A stretch of DNA of 55,518 bases from Clostridium sp. (GCA_036720575.1 DAIMMR010000001.1:1-55518), one strand, 5' to 3'; counted from the stretch's first letter, positions 1 to 9,826 are shown. Notes: generated by a model from the letters alone, not told the origin. Program-made: numbers and translations.

Positions 1-50
1 AATATTTATTTCGTATTATAATAGTGGTTAAAAATATAAGGAGAATGTTT

Positions 51-692
51 ATGTTTTATTGTCCATATGCTCGCAGAATAAATAATTATTATAGGGCTAA
101 TCAAATGAATTCTTCTATTAGGGTATTTCATGCTGCACCTAATGCACCAGCTGTAGATGTTTATGCCAATGGAAAGCTTATCGTAAAAAATCTTTCCTAT
201 AAGGAACTCTCACAGTATATTTCTGTTGCTCCTGGCAGCTACAATATTATGGTTTATCCCTCAGGACAAATGACAAACCCTGTTGTAAATACTAATTTAA
301 ATATTCCTGCAAATACTGTATTTAATGCAGCTGTAGTAGGAACTCTTCCTGATGTTAGTTTATACCCTATACAGGAACCAACTACCGCTGAGAACTTTGG
401 TAGACCTTGTGTAAGATTTGTTCATCTTTCTCCAAATGCACCAGCTGTTGATATAAAGTTGTCTGACGGTACAAAAGTATTTGCTGATGTTGGTTATAAA
501 GGTATTACAGATTATGCCTGTGTTCCTACAGGAACGTATACTTTCACAGTTAGCTTTGCTGGCAGGGACAATGTAGTATTAACTGTTCCAAATGTTAAAT
601 TGGATCCGAACAATTACTATACCTTGTATGCAGTTGGCCTGGTTGGAAAATCTCCAACTTTAGAAGTTATGTTAGTGCCAGAACCAAGATAA
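51..692 (+). CDS. DUF4397-domain protein (two tandem domains), often spore-associated in Firmicutes
   Basis: Two repeats of the signature 'IRVFHAAPNAPAVDVY' / 'VRFVHLSPNAPAVDI'. AGGAG RBS at 39-43 favours ATG 51 over GTG 24. Confidence 0.8.
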   Translation: MFYCPYARRINNYYRANQMNSSIRVFHAAPNAPAVDVYANGKLIVKNLSYKELSQYISVAPGSYNIMVYPSGQMTNPVVNTNLNIPANTVFNAAVVGTLPDVSLYPIQEPTTAENFGRPCVRFVHLSPNAPAVDIKLSDGTKVFADVGYKGITDYACVPTGTYTFTVSFAGRDNVVLTVPNVKLDPNNYYTLYAVGLVGKSPTLEVMLVPEPR

Positions 693-698
693 TCAATT

Positions 699-734
699 AA
701 AAATACTGTAGTTTTAAGTAACTGCAGTATTTTT
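699..734. terminator. bidirectional intrinsic terminator
   Basis: AAAAATACTGTAGTT / AACTGCAGTATTTTT inverted repeat between convergent genes. Confidence 0.7.
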
Positions 735-743
735 GATTAAATA

Positions 744-1256
744 TTAAATTTGACAAATAACAACAACTTTATAAGGCGTTGTTTGAGCTGGTATACTCTT
801 TGTAGAGGCACCATAGATTACAATTAGATTTCGATTTGCAGGATTTCTAGTAAAAGTTTGATCATTTTCCAGAACTATTTCAGTATCTGGCCCAATATTT
901 AATTTTAACTTATTGTTACTGCTCACTAATTTACTATTAAAATAGTCTACCTTTACATTTTGGTATTCAACATCTCGTGCTATAACAATTGCCCTAAATT
1001 GTGGTGGAAAAATAAGAGGAACAGCTGCATTTACATTATAAAAACCAGTTATTGTATCTCCAACTGACACCGTTACATGATCTACAAAATAAGTGGATGG
1101 CCCTACAATAAAATTTACCAGATCGCCCACTTTGTTTTCTACAGATATTAATTTATAGCATCCTGCGCTTTCTTCACGATTATTTATGAAAAAGTCATTA
1201 ATCATGGTAATCACACCATGGAAAGGTTGAAATTTTTTCATTTTATATTTCTTCAC
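744..1256 (-). CDS. conserved hypothetical protein, probably sporulation-expressed
   Basis: 170-aa ORF with an internal repeat ('PLIFPPQFRAIVI' / 'TKSIPAQTTPYKVVV'). Start may be ATG 1241. SigK-like promoter upstream. Confidence 0.7.
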   Translation of the reverse strand: MKKYKMKKFQPFHGVITMINDFFINNREESAGCYKLISVENKVGDLVNFIVGPSTYFVDHVTVSVGDTITGFYNVNAAVPLIFPPQFRAIVIARDVEYQNVKVDYFNSKLVSSNNKLKLNIGPDTEIVLENDQTFTRNPANRNLIVIYGASTKSIPAQTTPYKVVVICQI

Positions 1257-1279
1257 TCCTATTTAAAAAATCTGTTTAT

Positions 1280-1309
1280 ATATGTTATGCAAATATATGA
1301 AAATTGTGG
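1280..1309 (-). promoter_or_regulatory. SigK-like promoter
   Basis: Minus strand reads AC-N16-CATAACATA, matching the SigK consensus AC-N16/17-CATAnnnTA. Confidence 0.5.
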
Positions 1310-1315
1310 TATAAT

Positions 1316-1466
1316 TTTATCCGATCGCTACCATTGCTAACACCCCCATCTTCTTCAAAGTGGGGGATAAGCACTGCTACGCGCCTGGATAAGTTCTTCT
1401 AAGGTTCAGATGGAGAAAAGGTATTCCTTATAAGCAAACTCCACCTGAACTTAAGAATCTCTTGAT
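1316..1466 (+). mobile_element. family A structured repeat, copy A1
   Basis: TTTAT-CCGATCGCTACC...GCTACGCGCCTGGATAA...AAGAATCTCTTGAT, a near-identical reverse complement of 48013-48163. Confidence 0.9.
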
Positions 1467-1500
1467 ATTATTTAATAAAAATTGTAATAGAGGTGACGTT

Positions 1501-1953
1501 GTGGAAACTTTATGCAGTACATGTAGCTTACGTAATGATATAGAAAAATATAGAATTATGTTGAATAACTTAATAGCTGAAAAAGATTATAAATTGCTTG
1601 ATGAAGAAATTATTAAGTTAAGCGAATATTTGGATGAATTAGTTTATAGGTGTGTATTTTGCAATAAAAATTTAGAATATATTTCTAAAGTAAATTTAAA
1701 AAACGTATTTGGAATACATTCAACTTTTTATTATTATGGATACCAGCATCTTTTTACTAGTCTGTATTTTTATATAACTGCAGGTATCAATAATAATGAA
1801 CTTATATATGTTTCTATGGGAAATTTACTTTGCATATATGATGCTTATGATTATATGAATAAAGGCGAGTTTATAAATGAAACAGTAATAAAAAAATCTT
1901 TACTTACCCATTCTTATATTTTAAAAAATTCATTTTTAGAGAAGATAGGTTAG
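1501..1953 (+). CDS. Spo0E-like domain fused to an apparently internally deleted MEDS-like domain (possible pseudogene)
   Basis: 'IEKYRIMLNNLI...LLDEEIIKLSEYLDELV' matches the Spo0E pattern. 'HSTFYYYG..HL...YITAGINNNE' and 'LCIYD...LLTHSYIL' resemble MEDS N- and C-termini with the middle missing. GAGGTG RBS precedes GTG 1501. The track's TTG 1462 lies in repeat A1. Confidence 0.6.
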   Translation: METLCSTCSLRNDIEKYRIMLNNLIAEKDYKLLDEEIIKLSEYLDELVYRCVFCNKNLEYISKVNLKNVFGIHSTFYYYGYQHLFTSLYFYITAGINNNELIYVSMGNLLCIYDAYDYMNKGEFINETVIKKSLLTHSYILKNSFLEKIG

Positions 1954-2114
1954 GGAAAAAGAATAATAATCTACAATACCCCCATTTATTAAGTGGTATA
2001 CACAGTATAAAATCCCATTAATATGATATGCAGGAATGAACATACTTCTTCAAATTAGGCATATTATGTTCGATAACTTAATTGATATTTAATTGATATT
2101 GGGGGGGAGATAAA

Positions 2115-4022
2115 TTGAAAAAAATACATATTTTATTTTGTTTTTTGTTTATAATGGTTTTTATGGCAGTGCAAGATGTAGCAGCAGCTGCTCCATCCAA
2201 TATCAGATTTGGTGGAATGAACAGATATGAAACTTCAGTAAATATTTCGCAAAATAGCTTTGAAAAATCAGAATATGTGGTTTTAGTTTCAGGAGAAAAT
2301 TTCCCGGATGCTATTTCTGCAGCACCTCTTGCAAAAAAATATAATGCACCTATTTTAATAACAGAAGGTAATAATTTAAATGGTAATGTAAATGAAGAAA
2401 TTAAAAGATTAGGAACTAAAAATATTTTCATAGTAGGGGGATTGGATGTAGTATCTAAAACTATTGAAGAACAATTGACTGCCCTTAATATCCAGGTTAC
2501 TCGTATAAGTGGGCAGGATAGATATGAGACAAGTGCCAAGGTGGCAGAAAGTATAGGTACAAGTAATGGAGTGGTACTAGCTTCAGGAGAAAATTTCCCG
2601 GATGCTTTATCCATAGCTTCCATAGCAGCGGCAAAACAAATGCCAATACTTCTTACACAAAGTAAAATATTGCCTGATAGTGTTAAAGAGTATATAAATA
2701 GTAATAGCATTTCTAAAAGTTATGTAGTTGGTGGTATTGATGTAATAAATGATAATGTTGTTAAAGATTTACCTAATATGAAAAGACTTAGTGGAATAGA
2801 TAGATATGAAACAAATTTAAATGTAATAAATGAATTTTCGGGAGATTTTAATTTTAACAATCTATATTTAGCATATGGGGGAGATTTCCCGGATGCTTTA
2901 TGTGGTTCAGCTGCAGCAGCAAAAGATTTTGCCCCTATTGTTTTAGTTAGTAAAAGTTATACCAGGGCACAGTCCTTAATCAGATCAAAGATAGATTCAA
3001 TATCTTCATTAAAGATATTAGGCGGCACATTTGCTATATCAGATGCTTTAGTACAGTCTATTTTGTATCCAAGTAAAACTGTACTAGGGTATACTACTTA
3101 TTATTATATAGGAGATAGTTCATCTTATAATTCTATAATAAATCATTCGCAGGCAATAGATTCAATTGCCACAGATACTTACATTATGGATAGCATAGGT
3201 AATATAAAAGGTTCAGTACCATATAATCAGGTAAGCTATGCAAATGATAACAAAATTAAGACATATGCCATGGTATCAAATAGTTTTAATGCAGATACAG
3301 CAAAAGGTGTACTGGAAAATTCAACAAATAGGCAAAAACTTATAAATAATATACTTCAAAGTTTAAAAGCAAACAATTATAAAGGTGTGAATATTGATAT
3401 AGAGAATGTTTACTATTATGATAGAAGTTATTTTACGACATTTATGAGGGAACTATATAATACGCTGAATCCACAGGGATTTGAAGTGACAATAGCACTT
3501 CCTGCTAAAACAAGTGATAGTATGTGGCAGAGCTGGATTGGAGCTTATGATTATGCTGAGATTGCAAAGGTTTCAGATAAGATTGTATTGATGACTTATG
3601 ATGAACATTGGTCTGGCGGAGAACCTGGTGCCATAGCATCTATAGGATGGGTGCAAAATGTAATAAATTATGCAATTACAGTTATTCCTAGAGATAAAAT
3701 ACTATTGGGATTAGCAGCCTATGCTTATGATTGGCCATCAAATGGAGCAAAAGCAAAATCTTATGGCATAAGTCAAGCATATAATATGGCCTCACAAAAG
3801 GGTGCCCAGGTTAAATGGGATTCTGCAGCTAAAAGTCCATACTTCAATTATACTGATAGTTCAGGCATATACCACACTGTATATTTTGAAAATAGTACAA
3901 GCATTTCATATAAACTTGATATTGTAAATAATTATGACTTAGGTGGAGTTTCTATATGGAGATTAGGATTGGAAAATTCTGATTACTGGGAAACTATTAG
4001 TAATAAATTTAATAAGTATTAA
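2115..4022 (+). CDS. secreted cell-wall-binding repeat 2 (CWB2 x3) protein with C-terminal GH18 hydrolase domain (YaaH/SleL-like)
   Basis: Signal peptide; repeated 'G.DRYET' and 'GENFPDA' motifs plus 'PILL/PILI'; GH18 motifs 'GVNIDIE', 'LMTYDEH' and 'GGVSIWRLG'. Confidence 0.9.
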   Translation: MKKIHILFCFLFIMVFMAVQDVAAAAPSNIRFGGMNRYETSVNISQNSFEKSEYVVLVSGENFPDAISAAPLAKKYNAPILITEGNNLNGNVNEEIKRLGTKNIFIVGGLDVVSKTIEEQLTALNIQVTRISGQDRYETSAKVAESIGTSNGVVLASGENFPDALSIASIAAAKQMPILLTQSKILPDSVKEYINSNSISKSYVVGGIDVINDNVVKDLPNMKRLSGIDRYETNLNVINEFSGDFNFNNLYLAYGGDFPDALCGSAAAAKDFAPIVLVSKSYTRAQSLIRSKIDSISSLKILGGTFAISDALVQSILYPSKTVLGYTTYYYIGDSSSYNSIINHSQAIDSIATDTYIMDSIGNIKGSVPYNQVSYANDNKIKTYAMVSNSFNADTAKGVLENSTNRQKLINNILQSLKANNYKGVNIDIENVYYYDRSYFTTFMRELYNTLNPQGFEVTIALPAKTSDSMWQSWIGAYDYAEIAKVSDKIVLMTYDEHWSGGEPGAIASIGWVQNVINYAITVIPRDKILLGLAAYAYDWPSNGAKAKSYGISQAYNMASQKGAQVKWDSAAKSPYFNYTDSSGIYHTVYFENSTSISYKLDIVNNYDLGGVSIWRLGLENSDYWETISNKFNKY

Positions 4023-4365
4023 CTCAACTTTATTAACTAAACTTTCGCACATATAAAATTTTGACTTAATATAAAAAAATTATGAAACAAAGCTTTGCGA
4101 GTTAAGAATTAATAATGAAGAATTAATAGTGAAAGATGATTTTTAGCTGTCGCAAAAAATCTTTAAATTTATATAAATCAGCAATGTTTCGCTTTAGCAA
4201 AACGAGTGGTGAAAAGCTTAATCAAAGATTTTTTGTAGTGTAACGGAAAAAAATCCACATTAACTATTAATTCTTCATTCTTAACTATTAATTATAGAGT
4301 TCCTGAGGTACGAGGGAAATCATCTTTATCTGTTCTTTGTTATTTGAACTTTGTTATTTTCAAGT
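4020..4365 (+). mobile_element. family B MITE-like repeat, copy B1 (composite, right end truncated)
   Basis: Begins TAACTCAACTTT and shares 'ACATATAAAATTTTGACTTAA' and core hairpins with 24698-25000. 4293-4363 is a close reverse complement of part of copy B2. Confidence 0.85.
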
Positions 4366-4378
4366 TAGAATACTGGTA

Positions 4379-5809
4379 TTATTTTTTAAATATTTTCTTT
4401 AAAAGAGAATCATTTGATTTTGATTTATACAAATTTAGCTGGGAAGTAACAGCTTTTAGTTGAAGTTTTAGATTAATAATAGCATCTTCTTTTTCAATAG
4501 TGGCATTTTCCAGTTCATTAATTTTGTTTTCCTTTTCAATTAAACTTTTTTGAATAAAGTTAATATTTTCATTTAGTAAATCCTTTGTTTTATTGAAATT
4601 GTCATATTCCTCATTTATATTATAGCATCTGCTTTTGTATGAGAGATATTTGGTTTTTTCTTGCTTTAATAAATATTTAAGCTGGAGAATTAAGTCATTT
4701 TTTTGATTTAGTATTTCTTGATATGCAGAGATTTTTTTTGAAATTTCGTCCATAAAATAAGTCATATAAGGATTGACTTTATAATCATTAATGCTAGAAA
4801 ATATTTGAGATATAATCAAATACTCTAAAGGATTTTTATTTATGGTATACAGTTCGTTGAAATCAAAAGTATCCAGATAACTTTGCTTATTTGAGTTATA
4901 AATGTATTTTGTAATATCTAGGAAAGTTAATGAATCCTTAAAGGGAGGATCACTAAAACTTCTACCATTGTCCATGGAAAAGCTGCTGTAAATTTTATTA
5001 TCTTGTGTCCAGGAGCACCATATTTGATTGTATCCTATAAAAATATAACAGAAGTCTATATTTACACTTTCTGACAATTTATTATATTTAAAGTTTGCAC
5101 CAATACCACTAGCATAAATTAAACTGTTTCTATTTTGGCTGTTTTTTATATATAGTATATGAATTGCATTTTTACTTTCAAGTATAGAATAATATTTATA
5201 GGGGAAAGTACTTGAATCTATACTATAGAAGTTGGACCAATTTTTACTTTCATGATTGAGTATTTTGTAGCCAAGCTCATGCCTATTATTTACTGATTTC
5301 TGATATAAAATAAGTATTTTTTTATCTTTTGAAGTGTGAAGGGAAAAAGATATATCATAATTAAATTTTAGTGTATCTATTATTTTAGAAGAAGATAAGT
5401 CATTTTTTTTATCTAAAATTTGGTGCCAGATAGTTGTAATACCTGTTTTTTTATTTAAAACACTGTAGATGATGTGAATCTCATTTTGGTTTAGGAGAGC
5501 TTGAAAGTAAACATCATTCATTTTTCCCTTATTGTTTTTAATGATTTGCTGTTCATTCCATCTTGTTTCATCTTCTGAAAGCAAATTTATATTTCCTTTC
5601 ATATCCTGATATAAAACATATATTATATCATTTGGAAGTAATATAGCTGAAAAATTTTGAGCAATATTGCTTGTAATCAAATTATAAGTATGCCAGGTAT
5701 TTTCTTTGAATATTCTATATACAATTTCTCTATTTTCATTATAAGATATGTTCCATATAGCTCCATTAGAGCGTTTTAAAATATAAGATTTTTTGTCTTT
5801 AGATCTCAT
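4379..5809 (-). CDS. hypothetical protein: beta-propeller-like N-terminal region plus C-terminal coiled coil
   Basis: GAGGAG RBS before ATG 5809 (476 aa). The longer ORF-track start overlaps the divergent gene. Repeated 'IHIIY/IHILY/ILILY' strands; heptad-rich tail. Confidence 0.7.
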   Translation of the reverse strand: MRSKDKKSYILKRSNGAIWNISYNENREIVYRIFKENTWHTYNLITSNIAQNFSAILLPNDIIYVLYQDMKGNINLLSEDETRWNEQQIIKNNKGKMNDVYFQALLNQNEIHIIYSVLNKKTGITTIWHQILDKKNDLSSSKIIDTLKFNYDISFSLHTSKDKKILILYQKSVNNRHELGYKILNHESKNWSNFYSIDSSTFPYKYYSILESKNAIHILYIKNSQNRNSLIYASGIGANFKYNKLSESVNIDFCYIFIGYNQIWCSWTQDNKIYSSFSMDNGRSFSDPPFKDSLTFLDITKYIYNSNKQSYLDTFDFNELYTINKNPLEYLIISQIFSSINDYKVNPYMTYFMDEISKKISAYQEILNQKNDLILQLKYLLKQEKTKYLSYKSRCYNINEEYDNFNKTKDLLNENINFIQKSLIEKENKINELENATIEKEDAIINLKLQLKAVTSQLNLYKSKSNDSLLKKIFKK

Positions 5810-5960
5810 TAAACTAACTCCTCTTGGAGAATTATTCTTTATATATAAAATATGCTTGATGACTTCAATATTATAACAAAAAATATTTAAAATTGTAACA
5901 ATTAAAAATTTGCTACGTAAAATGTTAATGTAGAAGTACTTTGAAAGGGAGAGATAATAA

Positions 5961-6578
5961 TTGAAAGATGCTGAAGAAATCATGATGGAAATAGATAATA
6001 TAACTAAAGGCCAATTAGCGGTGGATTTAAGTGAAGATGAAAAAAAGGAACTAGTGGGGTTAATTGAATCCGGTTCAGGAGAGGTTTTGCAACAAAGCGT
6101 TTCTGATCCTTGCTGTAATTGTGATCCAACTACACCACCAACTCCATGTCCATCATGCACTGCGGGAACTTTTTGTTGCTTAATTAGTGTTCCTACTGAT
6201 TTTACATTTATACCTGGACATGTGCATGCTGGTGTTTCTAAACGTACTGAATTTACTGTTACTCAGGGAAGTGGCAAGTGTACGGCAACACTTACAAATG
6301 GATGTACTATAGCACTCAACAGAGCAAAAGTTACTGGAAGTGTTAAGGTATTTGCAAGCTTGGGATTTAAAGATCCAAGTGGAAATTGTGCTTTCCTATG
6401 CTGCACAGATGTTGTATGTTTCTGTAATTCGGATGTAGTTTGCTGTGGAACTATAGATCCAAATACTATAAAATTTTTAGTCAGTGATCTAAGTTATAAC
6501 AACCTTGGAACTGTAGGTTCTTCATGTCCTAGAGTAAATATATTCGAGATTACAGGTAAAATTACACCTACATGCTAG
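5961..6578 (+). CDS. cysteine-rich putative spore coat/exosporium structural protein
   Basis: Acidic N-terminal ~50 aa, then 18 Cys including four CC pairs and a PTTPPTP linker. AGGGAG RBS. No signal peptide. Confidence 0.65.
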   Translation: MKDAEEIMMEIDNITKGQLAVDLSEDEKKELVGLIESGSGEVLQQSVSDPCCNCDPTTPPTPCPSCTAGTFCCLISVPTDFTFIPGHVHAGVSKRTEFTVTQGSGKCTATLTNGCTIALNRAKVTGSVKVFASLGFKDPSGNCAFLCCTDVVCFCNSDVVCCGTIDPNTIKFLVSDLSYNNLGTVGSSCPRVNIFEITGKITPTC

Positions 6579-6590
6579 TATTTACTTTAC

Positions 6591-6787
6591 ATCAAGTGAT
6601 TCTTAGACTCAGATGAAGTTTGCTTAAGAGGAATACTTTTCTCCATCTGAGTCTTAGAAAAACTTATCCAGGGGCGTAGCAGCCGTTATGCACAGCATAA
6701 GAACTCTAAATCGCTGAAACTCAAGAGTTCTAATATCTTCCAGCTAAATAGGATGGAAGTGTTACGGATGGTAGCCATCGGGTTAAA
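6591..6787 (-). mobile_element. family A structured repeat, copy A2 (extra internal hairpin)
   Basis: ATCAAGTGATTCTTAG end, TTATCCAGGGGCGTAGC core and GGTAGCCATCGG end, with ~50 extra bp forming the AGAACTCT/AGAGTTCT hairpin. Confidence 0.85.
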
Positions 6788-6840
6788 AGGGTTATCTCAA
6801 AAATATTTCGTAAGAAGTGTTTTGAGATAACCTTTATTTT
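6788..6840. terminator. bidirectional terminator
   Basis: GGTTATCTCAAAA / TTTTGAGATAACC stem between convergent genes. Confidence 0.7.
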
Positions 6841-7758
6841 TTAAAATGAAATCATGAATTTTTTAAAGAAAAAATCGTCATCATGTATACGCTCTTTAAA
6901 ATATTTTTCTCTTTGGGCAAATATTAAGTCTAAGTTGGATTTAATATTTGAAACTACAATAGGAAAATAAGAATAGCTATTTATAAGGCTTATGGTTTTA
7001 AGTATACGCTGTTTTCTAAAGTGAGAATATGCCATACAAAGCATATTGTAAGCAACATTAGATGAAGTAACTTTATAGGGGTGTTTTGGCCTGAAAAGAT
7101 GTCTTACTTTTACTTCGGGGTTAACTACAATCTTATATCCATAAAGCCAGGCTTTAAAACAAATCTCTTCATCTTCTTTTCCCCATACTTGAAATAAATT
7201 GTCAAAACCATTTATTTTTTGAAAAGCCTCTTTGGTTATACAAAAAGCACATCCGCAGGCAATGGGAATCTCATAGATAATGCCAGGATTACGTACAATC
7301 CAGGTAACATTGAGTTTATTATTCCAGGTTTGCCCATAGCCAGCTGCTAAATTATTATGCATATCTAAAATGCAAGGTGCTGCTATATTGGCATTAGAAA
7401 CTTTTAGGGTATTCACTAGATTGTCTAGTAAGTGGTCAGGAACTTTTACATGGGCATCGCAGAAAAACAAATAGTTCCCTCTAGCTACTTTTGCACCGGC
7501 ATTTCTTGCACGGGCAGCTCCTATATTATTTGTTTTAATTAAAACAATATCTTTATAGGTAGGCTTGTTTAAATCTGACTTTAAAAATTGGGTACTTGAG
7601 TCATTGGAATCATCATCTACTACTATGATTTCGAAGCTAAGAAAATTTTTAGATTTCATAATGGAGTTCAATGTCCATTTCAAGTTATTTGCTTCATTTT
7701 TGCAGGGGACGATTATGGAAACATCTACCTTATCTTTATATGAAGTTTTTTCTTCCAC
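6841..7758 (-). CDS. GT2 family glycosyltransferase (paralog family I)
   Basis: 'VSIIVPCKNE', 'EIIVVDD', 'ARNAGA', 'FCDAH' and 'GFD...WGKED' motifs. AGGAG then GTG 7758 gives 305 aa, the same length as paralog 12777-13694. Confidence 0.9.
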   Translation of the reverse strand: MEEKTSYKDKVDVSIIVPCKNEANNLKWTLNSIMKSKNFLSFEIIVVDDDSNDSSTQFLKSDLNKPTYKDIVLIKTNNIGAARARNAGAKVARGNYLFFCDAHVKVPDHLLDNLVNTLKVSNANIAAPCILDMHNNLAAGYGQTWNNKLNVTWIVRNPGIIYEIPIACGCAFCITKEAFQKINGFDNLFQVWGKEDEEICFKAWLYGYKIVVNPEVKVRHLFRPKHPYKVTSSNVAYNMLCMAYSHFRKQRILKTISLINSYSYFPIVVSNIKSNLDLIFAQREKYFKERIHDDDFFFKKFMISF

Positions 7759-7801
7759 TAAATGTACACTCCTCTCAACTATATAGATTTTAAGAAATAA
7801 T

Positions 7802-9403
7802 TTAAAATGGAATATTAAATTTATCAAAGAAAAAATCATCGCTGTGTAAGCGTTCGTTAAAATATTTCTCTCTCCACTTAAAAATTAAATCTATATTGAA
7901 TTTTATATTATCTGATGCAGTATAAAAGAAATAATTATTTTTTACAGTATCTACAATTTTAGCAATCCTACTTTTTTTAAAGTGGCAGTAAGCAGTGCAT
8001 AACATATTAAAAATCATATAGGATGTACCTACGCTAAGGGAATATGAGTTTTTTAAACAATACCGATTTACTGTTATATCCGGTGCCACTACTACTTTAT
8101 AACCATAAAGCCAGGCTTTAAGACACAATTCAAAATATTCACTTCCGTAAATATCAAAAAATTCGTTAAAACCATTTATCTTTTTAAATACAGCTCTGTT
8201 AATACAAAAAGCAGAACTGTATACAAAAGGAATTTCACTTATGATTTTAGGATTATTTATCAAAGATTTAGGTGTAAGTTCACTATCAAAAGTCATACCG
8301 TAATTTGTAATATTATCTTTGGTAGTTAAAATGGATGGTGCTATTATAGAAGCTTTATATTTTGGAGATATAGCTAGAAGATTGTCCAACCAGTATTTTG
8401 GTACATTTATACCAGCATCACAGAAAAACAAGTAATTTCCTTTAGAAATTTTTGCAGCATAGTTTCTGGCTTTTACAGTGCCTATATTAGGAGTATTAAT
8501 CAAAGTTATATCATTATAGGATCCTTTATTTAAGTTATATTCTAAAAAATCTGCACTTCCGTCTATAGAATTGTCGTCTACTACTATAATTTCATAATTT
8601 ATTCTGTTATGGGAACTCATTAGAGAGTCTATTGTTGATTTTAAGGTATTTAACTGATTTTTACAGTAAATAATAATGGAAGCATCTATTTTAGACTTTG
8701 TTTCCTTTTTTAATAGTTCGTTTTTGTTAAGATTTAATTTTTCATTATAATTATTTACGATTACTTTACTATTTCCATAGTATTTATAAAATAAAGCATA
8801 ATTTTTCTTGTAATTTTCTCTAGATCCTTTAGGATGATACATATGCCATATTGTATTTTCAAGTCTATTGTGGGGACCACATAAGGTATCTACTGAATTT
8901 TGAAAGGCATCATCTTCACATCCCCATCCTTTAAAACTTTCATCAAATCCACCTACATACTCAAAGTATTTACGTGGTATTATATTAATTCCACCTATAT
9001 ATCCTGCGGTATAGCTCAAGCAACCTGTAAAATTAATGTTATTCATAGTGGTGTTGAAATTTTTCTTTTGAAGCTGTGTTGTTTGTTTATCAGTTAAATA
9101 ATTTATAGTGCTGTAGGGTATAATCCACACAAAATTACGTAATTCTTCAATGGATTTTTTTAAGTCATTTATATCAATTATGATATCGGCATCGGCAATT
9201 ACAAATATATCTCTTGTTGCAAGTTTGGCAGCACTGTTTATTGCTTTTGCTTTTGAAAAACACTCATCATTTGAGAAACCCATACATATTTCAGCCTGGG
9301 GCATTAAAATTTCGTATTTTTTTTTTATCCAGGACCAATTTCTATTTCGGTATCCATTATCAGGTTTGAAAGGTATTATAATAGATATTTTTTCATCAAA
9401 CAT
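7802..9403 (-). CDS. two-domain glycosyltransferase (GT2/GT7C-like N-domain plus family-I GT2 C-domain)
   Basis: N-domain 'IADADI', 'GGFDESFKGWGCEDD'; C-domain 'EIIVVDD', 'FCDAG'. AAGGTG RBS before ATG 9403. Confidence 0.88.
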   Translation of the reverse strand: MFDEKISIIIPFKPDNGYRNRNWSWIKKKYEILMPQAEICMGFSNDECFSKAKAINSAAKLATRDIFVIADADIIIDINDLKKSIEELRNFVWIIPYSTINYLTDKQTTQLQKKNFNTTMNNINFTGCLSYTAGYIGGINIIPRKYFEYVGGFDESFKGWGCEDDAFQNSVDTLCGPHNRLENTIWHMYHPKGSRENYKKNYALFYKYYGNSKVIVNNYNEKLNLNKNELLKKETKSKIDASIIIYCKNQLNTLKSTIDSLMSSHNRINYEIIVVDDNSIDGSADFLEYNLNKGSYNDITLINTPNIGTVKARNYAAKISKGNYLFFCDAGINVPKYWLDNLLAISPKYKASIIAPSILTTKDNITNYGMTFDSELTPKSLINNPKIISEIPFVYSSAFCINRAVFKKINGFNEFFDIYGSEYFELCLKAWLYGYKVVVAPDITVNRYCLKNSYSLSVGTSYMIFNMLCTAYCHFKKSRIAKIVDTVKNNYFFYTASDNIKFNIDLIFKWREKYFNERLHSDDFFFDKFNIPF

Positions 9404-9489
9404 AAATAAATCACCTTTTATACTATATTCAATTAAAAGTAGGAGTGATACACGAAGCATACAAAGAGCATAGTATAAACTGGGGTGGT

Positions 9490-9826
9490 AAAATTAAAGG
9501 ACATCAAATTGGAAATCATTCCTATGGACATTCTCATTCAGATGAAATGTATTATGAGGAAAGTAAGGAAAGTATTGAAAAAGCAGAGAAAGCAATAAAA
9601 AGAATTACAGGAGTAAATCCTAAGCCATTTTTTAGAGCTCCTTATGGCGAGTGGAGTCAATATATATTAAAAGCATCTAATGATTGTGGTTATATGTATA
9701 ATATTTACTGGAGCATAGACCCTTTTGACTGGAAAAGTCCACCAACTAAAACTATAGTGGAGCGTGTATTTAAAAGACTAAAAGGCGGCGACATTGTATT
9801 AATGCATGGACATGGGAAAAACTCTG
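9490..9826 (+). pseudogene. polysaccharide deacetylase (NodB/CE4) fragment
   Basis: 'GHQIGNHSYGH', 'FRAPYG', 'WSIDPFDW' and 'GDIVLMH' are present. The N-terminal TFDD motif is absent and the 3' end runs into repeat A3. Confidence 0.8.

Noticed and set aside
2078..2710. Antisense ORFs (also 7565, 9150, 10623, 13528, 14188, 19029, 19629, 23469, 25304, 25931, 28636, 40247, 44932, 53127 and others)
   Set aside because: Shadow frames opposite well-supported genes, with no RBS or family motifs.
5810..6160. N-terminal extension of the 593-aa minus-strand ORF
   Set aside because: Overlaps the divergent Cys-rich gene; a clear RBS lies before ATG 5809.
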